Origin: Alphaproteobacteria bacterium
GTDB lineage: Bacteria; Pseudomonadota; Alphaproteobacteria; UBA9219; RGZA01
Direction of reading: 5' to 3'
Length of the DNA stretch: 56,729 nucleotides
Assembly: GCA_028278105.1 (NCBI GenBank)
Contig: JANQEX010000091.1
Location: forward strand, 1 to 56,729
The stretch's first letter is position 1, and each line of letters starts with the position of its first letter. The position numbers and the translations under genes were made by a program. The notes beneath the pieces were generated by a model. It did not search any database and was not told the DNA's origin. It worked only from the letters and a program-made list of their open reading frames with translations. This document shows positions 18,119 through 27,122 of the stretch, in pieces.

Positions 18119-19252
18119 ATGACTTTCGGATCGCCGCCGCCTGTGGATTCCAAACGACCCGGCCATGAGCCGCGCATTTCCGTGATGGTTGTCGATGACT
18201 CCGCCGTGACGCGCGGCCTGATGACCCGCATGCTGGAGCGTGAGCCCGACATTACGGTCGCCATTTCCGCCGGTGACGGGCAAGGGGCTATTGCTTTTCT
18301 AAAACGAATGCCGGTTGACGTGGTGCTGCTTGATATTGAAATGCCGAACATGGACGGGCTGGAAGCCATACCAAAGCTTCTCCACATCAAACCTGATGTA
18401 AAAATCATCATGGTCTCCACGATCACCCTGCGGAACGCAAAGGTAAGCATGAAGGCGCTCAGCCTCGGCGCCGCCGATTATATTCCAAAGCCCACTGCCC
18501 TTAAGGACATCGGCAGCGGCATTGATTTTAATCGTGAGCTTCTGGAAAAAGTCAGGGCCTGGGGCCGCCGCCGCCCGCCGCCCGCGCAACTGTCCGGCAG
18601 GCAGGATTCCGCCGCGCCACATAAAACCGAAAGACCCTCCAGGCCGGTCGTCTTGCGCAAGACCCTGCTTTTCCGGCCCGACGCGATTGCCATCGCCAGT
18701 TCCACCGGCGGGCCGCAAGCCCTTTTCAGCCTGATGCCGCATTTCAAGGGAATCTCCCAGCCGGTATTCATTACCCAGCATATGCCCTCCAGCTTTACAA
18801 CCACTCTTGCCAGTCACATTACAGGGTTTGGCGCCAATCCCTGCGCCGAAGCCAAAAACGGGGACGTGATCAAGGACGGACAGGTCTATCTGGCCCCCGG
18901 CAACTTCCACATGACCGTGGCGCAGGAAGATGCGAACAGGGTTATCCGCCTTAATCAGGAGCCGCCGGAAAATTATTGCCGTCCGGCGGCCGATCCCATG
19001 CTGCGCAGCCTTTCCGCCGTTTATAAATCAAGGCTTTTGGTCGTTGTGCTGACCGGCATGGGCACGGACGGCTGCAAGGGCAGCAAGGTGGTCGTGGACG
19101 CGGGCGGCGGCGTGGTGGCGCAGGATCAGGCCACCAGCGTGGTCTGGGGCATGCCGGGCGCCGTGGCGGAGGCGGGGCTTTGCCATGCCGTGCTGTCCCT
19201 GGCGGAGTTGGGCCCTTACGTCATGAACATCGTGAAAAAAGGTGGCGCATGA
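18119..19252 (+). CDS. cheB: Chemotaxis methylesterase CheB
   Basis: Receiver plus ASSTGGP, TQHMP, LTGMGTDG. Confidence 0.95.
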   Translation: MTFGSPPPVDSKRPGHEPRISVMVVDDSAVTRGLMTRMLEREPDITVAISAGDGQGAIAFLKRMPVDVVLLDIEMPNMDGLEAIPKLLHIKPDVKIIMVSTITLRNAKVSMKALSLGAADYIPKPTALKDIGSGIDFNRELLEKVRAWGRRRPPPAQLSGRQDSAAPHKTERPSRPVVLRKTLLFRPDAIAIASSTGGPQALFSLMPHFKGISQPVFITQHMPSSFTTTLASHITGFGANPCAEAKNGDVIKDGQVYLAPGNFHMTVAQEDANRVIRLNQEPPENYCRPAADPMLRSLSAVYKSRLLVVVLTGMGTDGCKGSKVVVDAGGGVVAQDQATSVVWGMPGAVAEAGLCHAVLSLAELGPYVMNIVKKGGA

Positions 19253-20097
19253 AGGAAGAGGATTTCGATCTTCTCGCCCATCTGGTCAAGCAACGCTCCG
19301 GGTTGGTGCTGACGCGCGACAAGGCCTATCTGCTGGAATCCCGCCTGATACCGGTGGCGCGCAAGTTCGACCTGAAGGACCTCGACGATCTTGCCCGCGC
19401 CGTGCGCGACAAGCGCGACGAAAAACTGGCCACCGCGATCACCGAGGCGATGACCACCAACGAAACCTTCTTCTTCCGCGACCAGAAGCCCTTCGACCAG
19501 TTCCGGAAAATCATCCTGCCCCATATGCTGAAAGCGCGGGCCGCCAGGAAATCCTTGCGCGTCTGGTCGGCGGCCGCCTCAACAGGGCAGGAAGCCTATT
19601 CGCTTGCCATGATCCTCGCCGAGGAAGCGGCGAAGCTGCAAGGCTGGAAGGTGGATATTATCGGCACCGACCTTTCGGCGGAGGTGATCGAGAAAGCAAA
19701 AGAGGGATTCTATAACCAGTTCGAGGTGCAACGCGGCCTGCCCGTGACGATGCTGATGAAATACTTCAGGCAGGAGGGCGAAAAATGGCAGATCAGCGAA
19801 AAAATCCGCTCCATGGTGCAGTACCGCGCCATGAACCTGTTGGCCGACTGGGGCGGGATCGGCCCGTTCGACGTGGTGTTCTGCCGCAACGTGCTGATCT
19901 ATTTCGATCCGCCGACCAAAAGCCGCATGCTTGAACGCATCGCCGGGCTGATGCCGCCGGACGGCGTGCTGTTTCTTGGCGGGGCCGAGGCCGTGCTGGG
20001 CCTGACCAGCCGCTTCAAGAACATGGAAGGCGAAAAGGGCATCTACATTCCCGCCAGTTGCCCCGCCGATGCCTGGAAGGCCACCGCGGCGGCGTAA
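19249..20097 (+). CDS. cheR: Chemotaxis methyltransferase CheR
   Basis: TTNETFFFRD, WSAAASTGQEAYS, FCRNVLIYFD; ATGA overlap with cheB. Confidence 0.95.
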   Translation: MKEEDFDLLAHLVKQRSGLVLTRDKAYLLESRLIPVARKFDLKDLDDLARAVRDKRDEKLATAITEAMTTNETFFFRDQKPFDQFRKIILPHMLKARAARKSLRVWSAAASTGQEAYSLAMILAEEAAKLQGWKVDIIGTDLSAEVIEKAKEGFYNQFEVQRGLPVTMLMKYFRQEGEKWQISEKIRSMVQYRAMNLLADWGGIGPFDVVFCRNVLIYFDPPTKSRMLERIAGLMPPDGVLFLGGAEAVLGLTSRFKNMEGEKGIYIPASCPADAWKATAAA

Positions 20098-20115
20098 ATA
20101 AAATGGACAGATTTT

Positions 20116-20319
20116 CTATTTTTTGCGGCGCTTAAGGATATCTTCCAGCAGCAACCCGCCGCGCGCGAAATTGTGATCCTTGACATCGTGCCAGAATATT
20201 TCGACCAGATCAGCATCCTTGTTCAAAACGTTAACAAAAACGTCTGTAAGCTCCTTCGACAGTTTTCGCTTTTGTTCCTTCGACAATTCGTCGCGGTGGT
20301 GAATATGAATAACAGGCAT
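20116..20319 (-). CDS. 4-oxalocrotonate tautomerase family protein
   Basis: 67 aa starting Met-Pro (MPVIHI), SKEQKRKL..ELT, ARGG. Confidence 0.8.
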   Translation of the reverse strand: MPVIHIHHRDELSKEQKRKLSKELTDVFVNVLNKDADLVEIFWHDVKDHNFARGGLLLEDILKRRKK

Positions 20320-20338
20320 ACAGAATAGGCCTTGCTCC

Positions 20339-21064
20339 CTACGCCGTCGCCCTTGCCGCGGCTGCTTTCTGCTCGTCGTTGCTTTGCGCCACGGGATCGC
20401 GCAGCACATAGCCGCGGCCCCATACGGTTTCGATGTAATTGTCGCCGCTGGTGGCCGTCATCAGCTTCTTGCGCAGCTTGCACACGAACACGTCGATGAT
20501 TTTCAACTCCGGCTCGTCCATGCCGCCGTAAAGATGGTTCAGGAACATTTCCTTGGTCAGGGTCGTCCCCTTGCGCAGCGACAGCAACTCAAGGATACCG
20601 TATTCCTTGCCCGTCAGGTGCAGGGGCTGGCCTTCCACCTCCACGGTGCGGGTATCGAGGTTCACGGTCAGCTTGCCGGTGCGGATCACGCTGTCCGAAT
20701 GGCCCTTGCTGCGGCGGATGATCGCGTGGATGCGCGCCACCAGCTCGCGCCGGTCGAAGGGCTTGGTCAGGTAGTCGTCGGCGCCGAATCCAAGGCCGCG
20801 GATCTTGTTATCAAGCTCATTCAGGCCGGAGAGGATCAGAATAGGGGTGTTAACCTTTGCCTGTCTTAGCCGGCGCAATACTTCATAGCCGTCAATATCG
20901 GGCAGCATCAGGTCAAGGATAATGATGTCATAATCGTAAAGCTTGCCGATCTCCAGGCCATCCTCGCCGAGATCGGTGGTATCGACGATGAATCCCTCGG
21001 CTTGCAGCATCAACTCAATGCTCTTGGCGATTGAGCTATCGTCTTCGACAAGCAATACGCGCAT
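20339..21064 (-). CDS. ctrA: Cell-cycle response regulator CtrA
   Basis: [60 protein letters not shown]. Confidence 0.97.
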   Translation of the reverse strand: MRVLLVEDDSSIAKSIELMLQAEGFIVDTTDLGEDGLEIGKLYDYDIIILDLMLPDIDGYEVLRRLRQAKVNTPILILSGLNELDNKIRGLGFGADDYLTKPFDRRELVARIHAIIRRSKGHSDSVIRTGKLTVNLDTRTVEVEGQPLHLTGKEYGILELLSLRKGTTLTKEMFLNHLYGGMDEPELKIIDVFVCKLRKKLMTATSGDNYIETVWGRGYVLRDPVAQSNDEQKAAAARATA

Positions 21065-21222
21065 GGCATCCCTCCTTCGAGGATTCCATAATTTAACCTA
21101 TTTCCTTAACGTCCCTCGCGCCATTTGACTTATTAACGAGGCCCGTTAGGAAAAGTTACCTTAATTAACCCTAACAGGCATTAAAATTTGGTAAAAAAGT
21201 TAACGCCGCGACGCGAATAGAG

Positions 21223-21237
21223 TTAAGCCTTTGTCAA
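21223..21237. promoter_or_regulatory. CtrA-box-like site in the ctrA/fliI divergent promoter region
   Basis: TTAA-gcctttg-TCAA; several further TTAA/TTAAC half-sites at 21093-21203. Confidence 0.5.
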
Positions 21238-21275
21238 ACATTGGAATTTGACAATGGCAGAGTCTGGTTACGCCC

Positions 21276-22604
21276 ATGAAATTCAAACGACTTCTGGCCG
21301 ATCTGGAGGCGATTCCACCCATACGCCATTACGGGCGTGTGACCGCCGTGCTTGGCCTGCTGGTGGAGATCGCGGGCGTTGAGCGCCGTCTTTCGGTGGG
21401 AAGCCGCTGCCATCTGATTGCGCAGGATGACCGCCGGGTTCTTTCGGAAGTTGTGGGTTTCCGCAATGGCAAGGCCCTGCTGATGCCCTTCGGCACGCTG
21501 GACGGCATCGGCCTTGGATCAAAAGCCGAACTGGCCGAGGCGCAGGCCTTCGTCACGCCGGGCGACAGATGGCTGGGGCGGGTGATTAACGCGCTGGGCG
21601 AGCCGATTGACGGCAAGGGTCCTCTGGACCAGGGCGACGCCATCGTTCCCATCCGCAACACGCCGCCGCCCGCCAATGAGCGGCAAAGGGTGGGGGGCAA
21701 GATCGACCTTGGCGTGAAAAGCATCAACAGCTTCGTGACCTGCTGCAAGGGCCAGCGCATGGGCATTTTCGCGGGTTCGGGCGTGGGAAAATCGGTGATG
21801 ATATCGATGATTGCCCGCTATACTTCGGCCGACGTCACCGTGATCGGCCTTGTGGGCGAGCGCGGCCGCGAGGTGCAGGAATTCATCCATGACGATCTGG
21901 GGGAGGAGGGCCTGGCCCGCTCGGTGGTGGTGGTGGCCACGTCCGACGAGGCGCCGCTGATGCGAAGACAGGCGGCCTACATGACCCTGTCGGTCGCCGA
22001 ACATTTCCGCGATCAGGGCAAGAATGTCCTGTGCCTGATCGACAGCATCACGCGCTTTGCCACGGCGCAGCGCGAAATCGGCCTTTCGGCGGGCGAGCCG
22101 CCCACCACCAAGGGTTATCCACCCTCCACCTTTGCCGAACTGCCAAGGCTTCTGGAGCGCGCCGGGCCGGGCCGGGCAGGGGCCGGGACCATCAGCGGCC
22201 TTTTCACGGTTCTGGTGGATGGCGACGACCATAACGAGCCCATCTCCGACGCCGTGCGCGGCATTCTGGACGGGCATATCGTGCTGAGCCGAAGCATTGC
22301 CGAACGCGGGCGCTATCCCGCCATCGATGTTTTGAAAAGCATCTCGCGCACCATGCCCGCCTGCAACAATGACGAGGAAAACAGCGTCGTCTCCCGCGCG
22401 CGGCAGTTGATGGCGGCGCATGAGAACATGGCCGAGATGATCCGTCTTGGCGCCTACCGCCGCGGCAGCGACCCGCTGACCGACGAAGCCATCCATTACC
22501 ACCCCGCGCTGGAAGCCTTTCTCTCGCAGACAAAGGAGGAAAGCAGCACCCTTGCCGAAGGCCATGCCCGCCTTGCCGAGGCTCTGGACATGGGGAAGAA
22601 GTAA
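21276..22604 (+). CDS. fliI: Flagellar export ATPase FliI
   Basis: [27 protein letters not shown]. Confidence 0.96.
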   Translation: MKFKRLLADLEAIPPIRHYGRVTAVLGLLVEIAGVERRLSVGSRCHLIAQDDRRVLSEVVGFRNGKALLMPFGTLDGIGLGSKAELAEAQAFVTPGDRWLGRVINALGEPIDGKGPLDQGDAIVPIRNTPPPANERQRVGGKIDLGVKSINSFVTCCKGQRMGIFAGSGVGKSVMISMIARYTSADVTVIGLVGERGREVQEFIHDDLGEEGLARSVVVVATSDEAPLMRRQAAYMTLSVAEHFRDQGKNVLCLIDSITRFATAQREIGLSAGEPPTTKGYPPSTFAELPRLLERAGPGRAGAGTISGLFTVLVDGDDHNEPISDAVRGILDGHIVLSRSIAERGRYPAIDVLKSISRTMPACNNDEENSVVSRARQLMAAHENMAEMIRLGAYRRGSDPLTDEAIHYHPALEAFLSQTKEESSTLAEGHARLAEALDMGKK

Positions 22605-22605
22605 A

Positions 22606-22690
22606 CAAGGGTCAAGAGGGTCGAAAAGGGGCACAAGGGTCTTTGACCCTGATGACCCTTGCGACCCTTTTGATCTCCTCTTGACCCTTA
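22606..22690. repeat. GGGTC/GACCC 9-bp-period palindromic array, copy B
   Basis: Four AGGGTC-type units then five TGACCC-type units filling the fliI-fliJ gap. Confidence 0.85.
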
Positions 22691-22696
22691 TCTGTC

Positions 22697-23119
22697 ATGC
22701 CCGACGTCACCACCCTCATCAAAATGCAAAAGCTGCTCGTGGACGACCAGCGGCGCGTCCTGGCCGCGCGTCAGGCCGAGGTGGACCGCATTGAAAACGA
22801 CCTCCGCGTCCTGCGCGAGGGGCTGGAGATGGAAAAGCACAATCCGGCGGCTCTGGAAGAGGGAGGCTACATGCTTGGCCCCTTCATCCAGGCCGAGCTG
22901 GAGCGCGAGGAAGACTTAAAGGAAAAACTGGTCTCCGCCGTCAAGGTCATGGAAGCCGAACGCGAAAAGCTGGCCACGCTGTTCGAGGAGTTGAAGCGCT
23001 ATGAAATCGTTCAGGAAAACTGGGAGGCCGAGCAGGAAGCCGGGCGCAGCCGGACGGAACGCATCACCTATGACGAGCAGGCCGGTGTGCAGCACCGGAG
23101 ACGGAAGGATGATACATGA
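22697..23119 (+). CDS. fliJ: Flagellar export protein FliJ-like
   Basis: 140-aa coiled coil directly after fliI; F.ELKRYE..Q and terminal DE motif. Confidence 0.75.
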   Translation: MPDVTTLIKMQKLLVDDQRRVLAARQAEVDRIENDLRVLREGLEMEKHNPAALEEGGYMLGPFIQAELEREEDLKEKLVSAVKVMEAEREKLATLFEELKRYEIVQENWEAEQEAGRSRTERITYDEQAGVQHRRRKDDT

Positions 23120-23211
23120 TTAAGGCCAAGCTCATTTGATTGCCTGAGGAGTCTGGACTCAATTAAACAGGTTTTGCATTCAAAAAACAGTTTCTCACCC
23201 CGGCCCCCGCT

Positions 23212-23455
23212 TCCCTGCTTCGCCTTCGGCTTCGCAGGGCGAGCTTGCAAAATACATCTCCCCTCCCCTTGAGGGAGGGGTTGGGGGTGGGGTGGAGCGT
23301 GGGAGCTTCAAAGCCTCACCGTTTACGCGAGAGGCAGCCATAAGACCCCACCCCTTGATCCCCTCCCTTCCGCCTCCGCTCGGCGAGCTTTGGCAGACGA
23401 ACTTCCTTCAAGGACCTCGCCATAGCTTTAGCGAAGGCGGGCAAGGAGAGGGGAG
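23212..23455. repeat. Cluster of nested REP-like palindromes
   Basis: CCCTCCCCTTGAGGGAGGGG..GGGGTGGGGT / ACCCCACCCC..CCCCTCC pair with inserted hairpins; 23212-23252 is an exact inverted copy of 34922-34962. Confidence 0.7.
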
Positions 23456-23480
23456 TTATGCCACCCTGATCTGACAGGTT

Positions 23481-23562
23481 GCAGGGGCGAGAGGGGCATA
23501 AGGGTCAAGAGGGTCGAAGACCCTCATGACCCTTTCGCCCCTCAAGACCCTTTTGACCCTTA
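23481..23562. repeat. GGGTC/GACCC 9-bp-period palindromic array, copy C
   Basis: gcaggggcg-agaggggca-taagggtca-agagggtcg-aa-gaccctcat-gaccctttc-gcccctcaa-gaccctttt-gaccctta. Confidence 0.85.
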
Positions 23563-23569
23563 TCAAATA

Positions 23570-25129
23570 TCAAACCTCGCGTCCCATCGTGGTGCGGGCC
23601 TTGTCGAGGATGGTCACCCAGCCCATGCGGTTGGCGGAAAACGCAAGGCTGCCGTCATAGCGCACTTCTTCCAGCGCGCGCTGGAAATGGGTCAACAGTT
23701 CGGCGCGCAAACCGGCGGCGAAGGGCCGGTCGGTGCGCACCACAAGGTCGAGCTTCTTCCTGTGCACAAGCCCGTCAAGCTGCACCGGGCCAAGGCGGCT
23801 CAGCGACACGTCGATCACGAAGCGCCGCGCCAGGTTCGGATCGCGCGGCTTTCCGTTCCGCTCATGCGGATCGTATATGTAAAAGCGGAACAGGTGCATC
23901 CTGTCCTGCTCGAAGAGCGGCACGCTCAGGCCGCGCCACGGCCCGCCGGGGCCTTCGCAATCGCGGCTGGCGTGTTCTTTCCACTGTTCCTGGATAGTCT
24001 TTACAAGGTCGTCCTTGCCGAGATCGCGCAGGCGGCGGACAAAATCTTCGCCCAGCCACTGGACGGGGTTGCCCTTTAAAGCCTCGAAAAAGAACAGCAG
24101 CGCGCCGGCAAGTTGCGCGGGCTTCGGCTGGGGCAGGCGGGCCTGCGCGAATTCGGCAAAGGCCGCGGGCGATTGCGCGGCAAAGGCCGCGAGCGCCTGC
24201 CGCAGGCCTGTCCAGGCGCCGTCATCCATAACTTCAGGCGGCCGGTCCACCACCAGCCCGGCCAGGGGCCCCATGGAAATCAGGAGTCTTGTATTCACCG
24301 GCCAGTTCTGCGCGCCCTGCACCGCCACCATCTGTCCGCCCACGCTCAGGACCGGCTGGCCGGAAGGCATGTTGCCCAGCACGATGGCAACTTCGGAATT
24401 CGGAATGGCGGGCGGCGTGCTGTTCGGAGCCAGGATTCCAAGGATTTTTATCGAGGTTGCCTGCGGCGCGGCCGCCGCGCTGGTGGGCGCGGCCTGCTGT
24501 TGCCGTCCGGCGGGAGGCGCATCGGGCCGCTTGATGATTTCGGGCGTTTTCCGCGCCGCTTCGATTTCCGGCGCATTCATGTTCAGCATGCCGATGTTCG
24601 CATGGGATTTCGCCGCGGCGGTTTTGATGAATTTCTCCGGCGCATGCGGGGAAAAGAGGGACGAGGGCAACACCAGCGCCGGATGCACCTTGCCGATTTT
24701 GGGAATTTCGGCGGTCTGCGTCTGGGAAAAGGCGCTCATCGACGAGCCAGAGGCCGAGCTTTCAATCGGCTTTTCCGGCATGAGGGTCTTTCCTCCCACC
24801 ACCAGCACGGCGGCCAATCCTTGCAGGCCGGGACGAATCTGCAAAAAAACGCGGGCAGGCAGCAGATTGGCGATATCCTGATTTTGCATCTGCTGGACCT
24901 TCAACAGCATTTCGCCCATGGCGGTGCGCATGACAAGCTGGTCCAGCCCCTGCAACACCGCCGTGCCTTCCAGCGTCACGGGACGCAGCAGCGTTGAGGG
25001 ATTGATGGAAATGCTGGCGTTCTGGATGCTGACCGGAAAACTGTATTGCGCGGCTTCCTGCGAGCCCTTCTGGGCCTGCTGCAGGATCGCGTTGGCGGCG
25101 GCAAGCTGATCGGGAGTTTGGTCCGCCAC
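23570..25129 (-). CDS. Flagellar-cluster protein with FliK-like C-terminal domain
   Basis: Pro/Ala/Gln-rich body, C-terminal RFVIDVSLSRLGPVQLDGLV..KLDLVVRT; GTG start just after flhG. Confidence 0.65.
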   Translation of the reverse strand: MADQTPDQLAAANAILQQAQKGSQEAAQYSFPVSIQNASISINPSTLLRPVTLEGTAVLQGLDQLVMRTAMGEMLLKVQQMQNQDIANLLPARVFLQIRPGLQGLAAVLVVGGKTLMPEKPIESSASGSSMSAFSQTQTAEIPKIGKVHPALVLPSSLFSPHAPEKFIKTAAAKSHANIGMLNMNAPEIEAARKTPEIIKRPDAPPAGRQQQAAPTSAAAAPQATSIKILGILAPNSTPPAIPNSEVAIVLGNMPSGQPVLSVGGQMVAVQGAQNWPVNTRLLISMGPLAGLVVDRPPEVMDDGAWTGLRQALAAFAAQSPAAFAEFAQARLPQPKPAQLAGALLFFFEALKGNPVQWLGEDFVRRLRDLGKDDLVKTIQEQWKEHASRDCEGPGGPWRGLSVPLFEQDRMHLFRFYIYDPHERNGKPRDPNLARRFVIDVSLSRLGPVQLDGLVHRKKLDLVVRTDRPFAAGLRAELLTHFQRALEEVRYDGSLAFSANRMGWVTILDKARTTMGREV

Positions 25130-25134
25130 CCGGC

Positions 25135-25917
25135 TTACTCCAGTATCCTGTTGGCCAGCGCCTCGATATCGGCGGCGGCGGCGCAACCGGGATAGCGCGT
25201 GAGCAGCGATGTTTGCGCGCGAATGGCGTCGCGCACCCTGGCGTCGCGCCGCACGACGCCCCAAAGCGGCGGGTCGTAATCAAGGAATTTCCTGCAAACC
25301 GTTTGAATGGTCTCATAGGTCTTGTGGCCGTCCGCGGCATTCGCCGCCATGTTGACGACCACGCATGGCGCCGCGGCGGGATTGGCCTTGACGGTCACCT
25401 TGATGAAGGCGTATGCGTCGGTGAGCGAGGTGGGCTCGTCGGTCACGATCACGAGGACGCGGGCCGCCGGTCCCGCCATCACGCGCACCGCGCGGTCGAT
25501 CCCCGCGCCCAGATCCACCACCACCTTGTCATAGGCGGCGGCCAGCTTGATCAGGTCGTTGCGCAACTCGGCCACGCGCTGCGCGGGCAGGCTGGCCAGA
25601 TTGCCCGAACCGGACCGTCCGGCGACGATATCGAAATCGCCTTCCCTGAAAGGGGTCACGGCTCCCGCCAGCGGCATGCGGTCCTCGATCACGGCGCCGA
25701 GATCCTTCTCCGGCGTCAGGCCAAGCTGGATGTCCACATTCGCCAGGCCCAGATCGCCGTCGAACAGCAAAACGCGCGCGCCGGATTTTGCCAGCGCATG
25801 GCACAAGGTGGCGGCCAGCCAGGTCTTGCCCACGCCGCCCTTGCCGCTGGCGATGGCGATCATGTTCGGGCAGGCGAGGAGGGCCGGGGCGTTCATATTG
25901 GCGGTGGCTTCATTCAT
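25135..25917 (-). CDS. flhG: MinD/ParA family ATPase FlhG
   Basis: IASGKGGVGKT, DGDLGLANVD, EPTSLTDAYA; follows flhF. Confidence 0.88.
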   Translation of the reverse strand: MNEATANMNAPALLACPNMIAIASGKGGVGKTWLAATLCHALAKSGARVLLFDGDLGLANVDIQLGLTPEKDLGAVIEDRMPLAGAVTPFREGDFDIVAGRSGSGNLASLPAQRVAELRNDLIKLAAAYDKVVVDLGAGIDRAVRVMAGPAARVLVIVTDEPTSLTDAYAFIKVTVKANPAAAPCVVVNMAANAADGHKTYETIQTVCRKFLDYDPPLWGVVRRDARVRDAIRAQTSLLTRYPGCAAAADIEALANRILE

Positions 25918-25929
25918 GAGAGAACTCCA

Positions 25930-26952
25930 TCAGGCGGTGGCGCGGTGCTTCAGGGCGCGAGCCACGATTTCAGGGGGAAGGAAAAGCCGGGCGAAGGTCA
26001 CGGCATTGGCGGGTTGCAGCGGGTCGGTGACCTTGGGCGAAAGGCTCATGTCGCTGACGGCGATGCGCGTCTCGCGCAGCATGGCCAGAAGACTGCCCAG
26101 CCGCCGCGCGAGATCGATTTTGCTGATGATCAGCTTTTTCACGCCAAGATCCGCAAAGGCCCGCACCTGATCGCAGGCTTCCTGCACATCAAGGCCGGCG
26201 GGCATCACCAGCACCGGCTCCACGCCGAGTTCCAGCAATCCGCCGAGCGTCTTCATCTCGCCCGCGTGAAAGGGATTGCGGCCGGAACTGTCCACCAGCA
26301 CCACCTCGCCGGGCGGATGGGATTCCAGCGCGTCCTTCAACCCGTTCGCATCCTCCACCTCGAACAGGCGCAGCTTCATGATGCGGGTGTAGGCGGCCAG
26401 TTCCTCCACCGCGCCGGGGCGCGTCATGTCGGTTGTGATCACGCCCACGCTTTTACGGTTCAGGGCGCGTTGCGCCGCGATTTTCGCCATGGCAAGGGTT
26501 TTGCCGGCCCCCGGCGACCCCACCAGGCAGACGGGACGGGGCGGATCGTCAAACAGCGGCGCGAAGCGGAAGAACCTGTCCATCGCCGCGCCCAGGGCGA
26601 TCAGCGCGTCGTGATCGGAAAAATGCGTGACCACGTCCATCATTTTTTCCGAAAGCATCATGGGCAGCCCGTGACGCATCAGGCAATCGGCCACCAGCTC
26701 GGCCACGTCACCGGTATCAACCGGCGGCGGCAAGGACGGGGGAGGGAATGGCGGCGGCGCGGGCGTGGATGGCGCGGAAGCGGAGAGCGGCGCCGAGGTG
26801 TCGACCGGCGTGTCTTCCACGGCCGCCGTCACGCGCACGCCGCCCATGTCGTCGTCGCGGGTGGCGACGATAACCGCGTTCATGCCCAGGGCCTCGCGCA
26901 CCTGCCGCATGGCGTCGTTCAGGTTCTGGCCATGGAAGGAGCGAAGGCGCAT
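25930..26952 (-). CDS. flhF: Flagellar SRP-type GTPase FlhF
   Basis: MRLRSF..A...VR..LG..AVIV N-terminus, GSPGAGKT, DSSG, SKID. Confidence 0.88.
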   Translation of the reverse strand: MRLRSFHGQNLNDAMRQVREALGMNAVIVATRDDDMGGVRVTAAVEDTPVDTSAPLSASAPSTPAPPPFPPPSLPPPVDTGDVAELVADCLMRHGLPMMLSEKMMDVVTHFSDHDALIALGAAMDRFFRFAPLFDDPPRPVCLVGSPGAGKTLAMAKIAAQRALNRKSVGVITTDMTRPGAVEELAAYTRIMKLRLFEVEDANGLKDALESHPPGEVVLVDSSGRNPFHAGEMKTLGGLLELGVEPVLVMPAGLDVQEACDQVRAFADLGVKKLIISKIDLARRLGSLLAMLRETRIAVSDMSLSPKVTDPLQPANAVTFARLFLPPEIVARALKHRATA

Positions 26953-27019
26953 GGATCAGGCTCCTTTTCCAACCCAAAGTGCCGGTAATGCTTCCAGGCA
27001 AAGGCCATTCCTATAACAG

Positions 27020-27085
27020 GCATTCCCGCGAAAGCGGGAATCCAGTTTTATAAAACAAACTGGGTCCCCGCTTTCGCGGGGACGC
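27020..27085. repeat. REP doublet
   Basis: CATTCCCGCGAAAGCGGGAATCCAG and CTGGGTCCCCGCTTTCGCGGGGAC in inverted arrangement. Confidence 0.8.
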
Positions 27086-27122
27086 AAGAATAGGAAGAAA
27101 TTGTTGTTTTCAAACTGCATGG

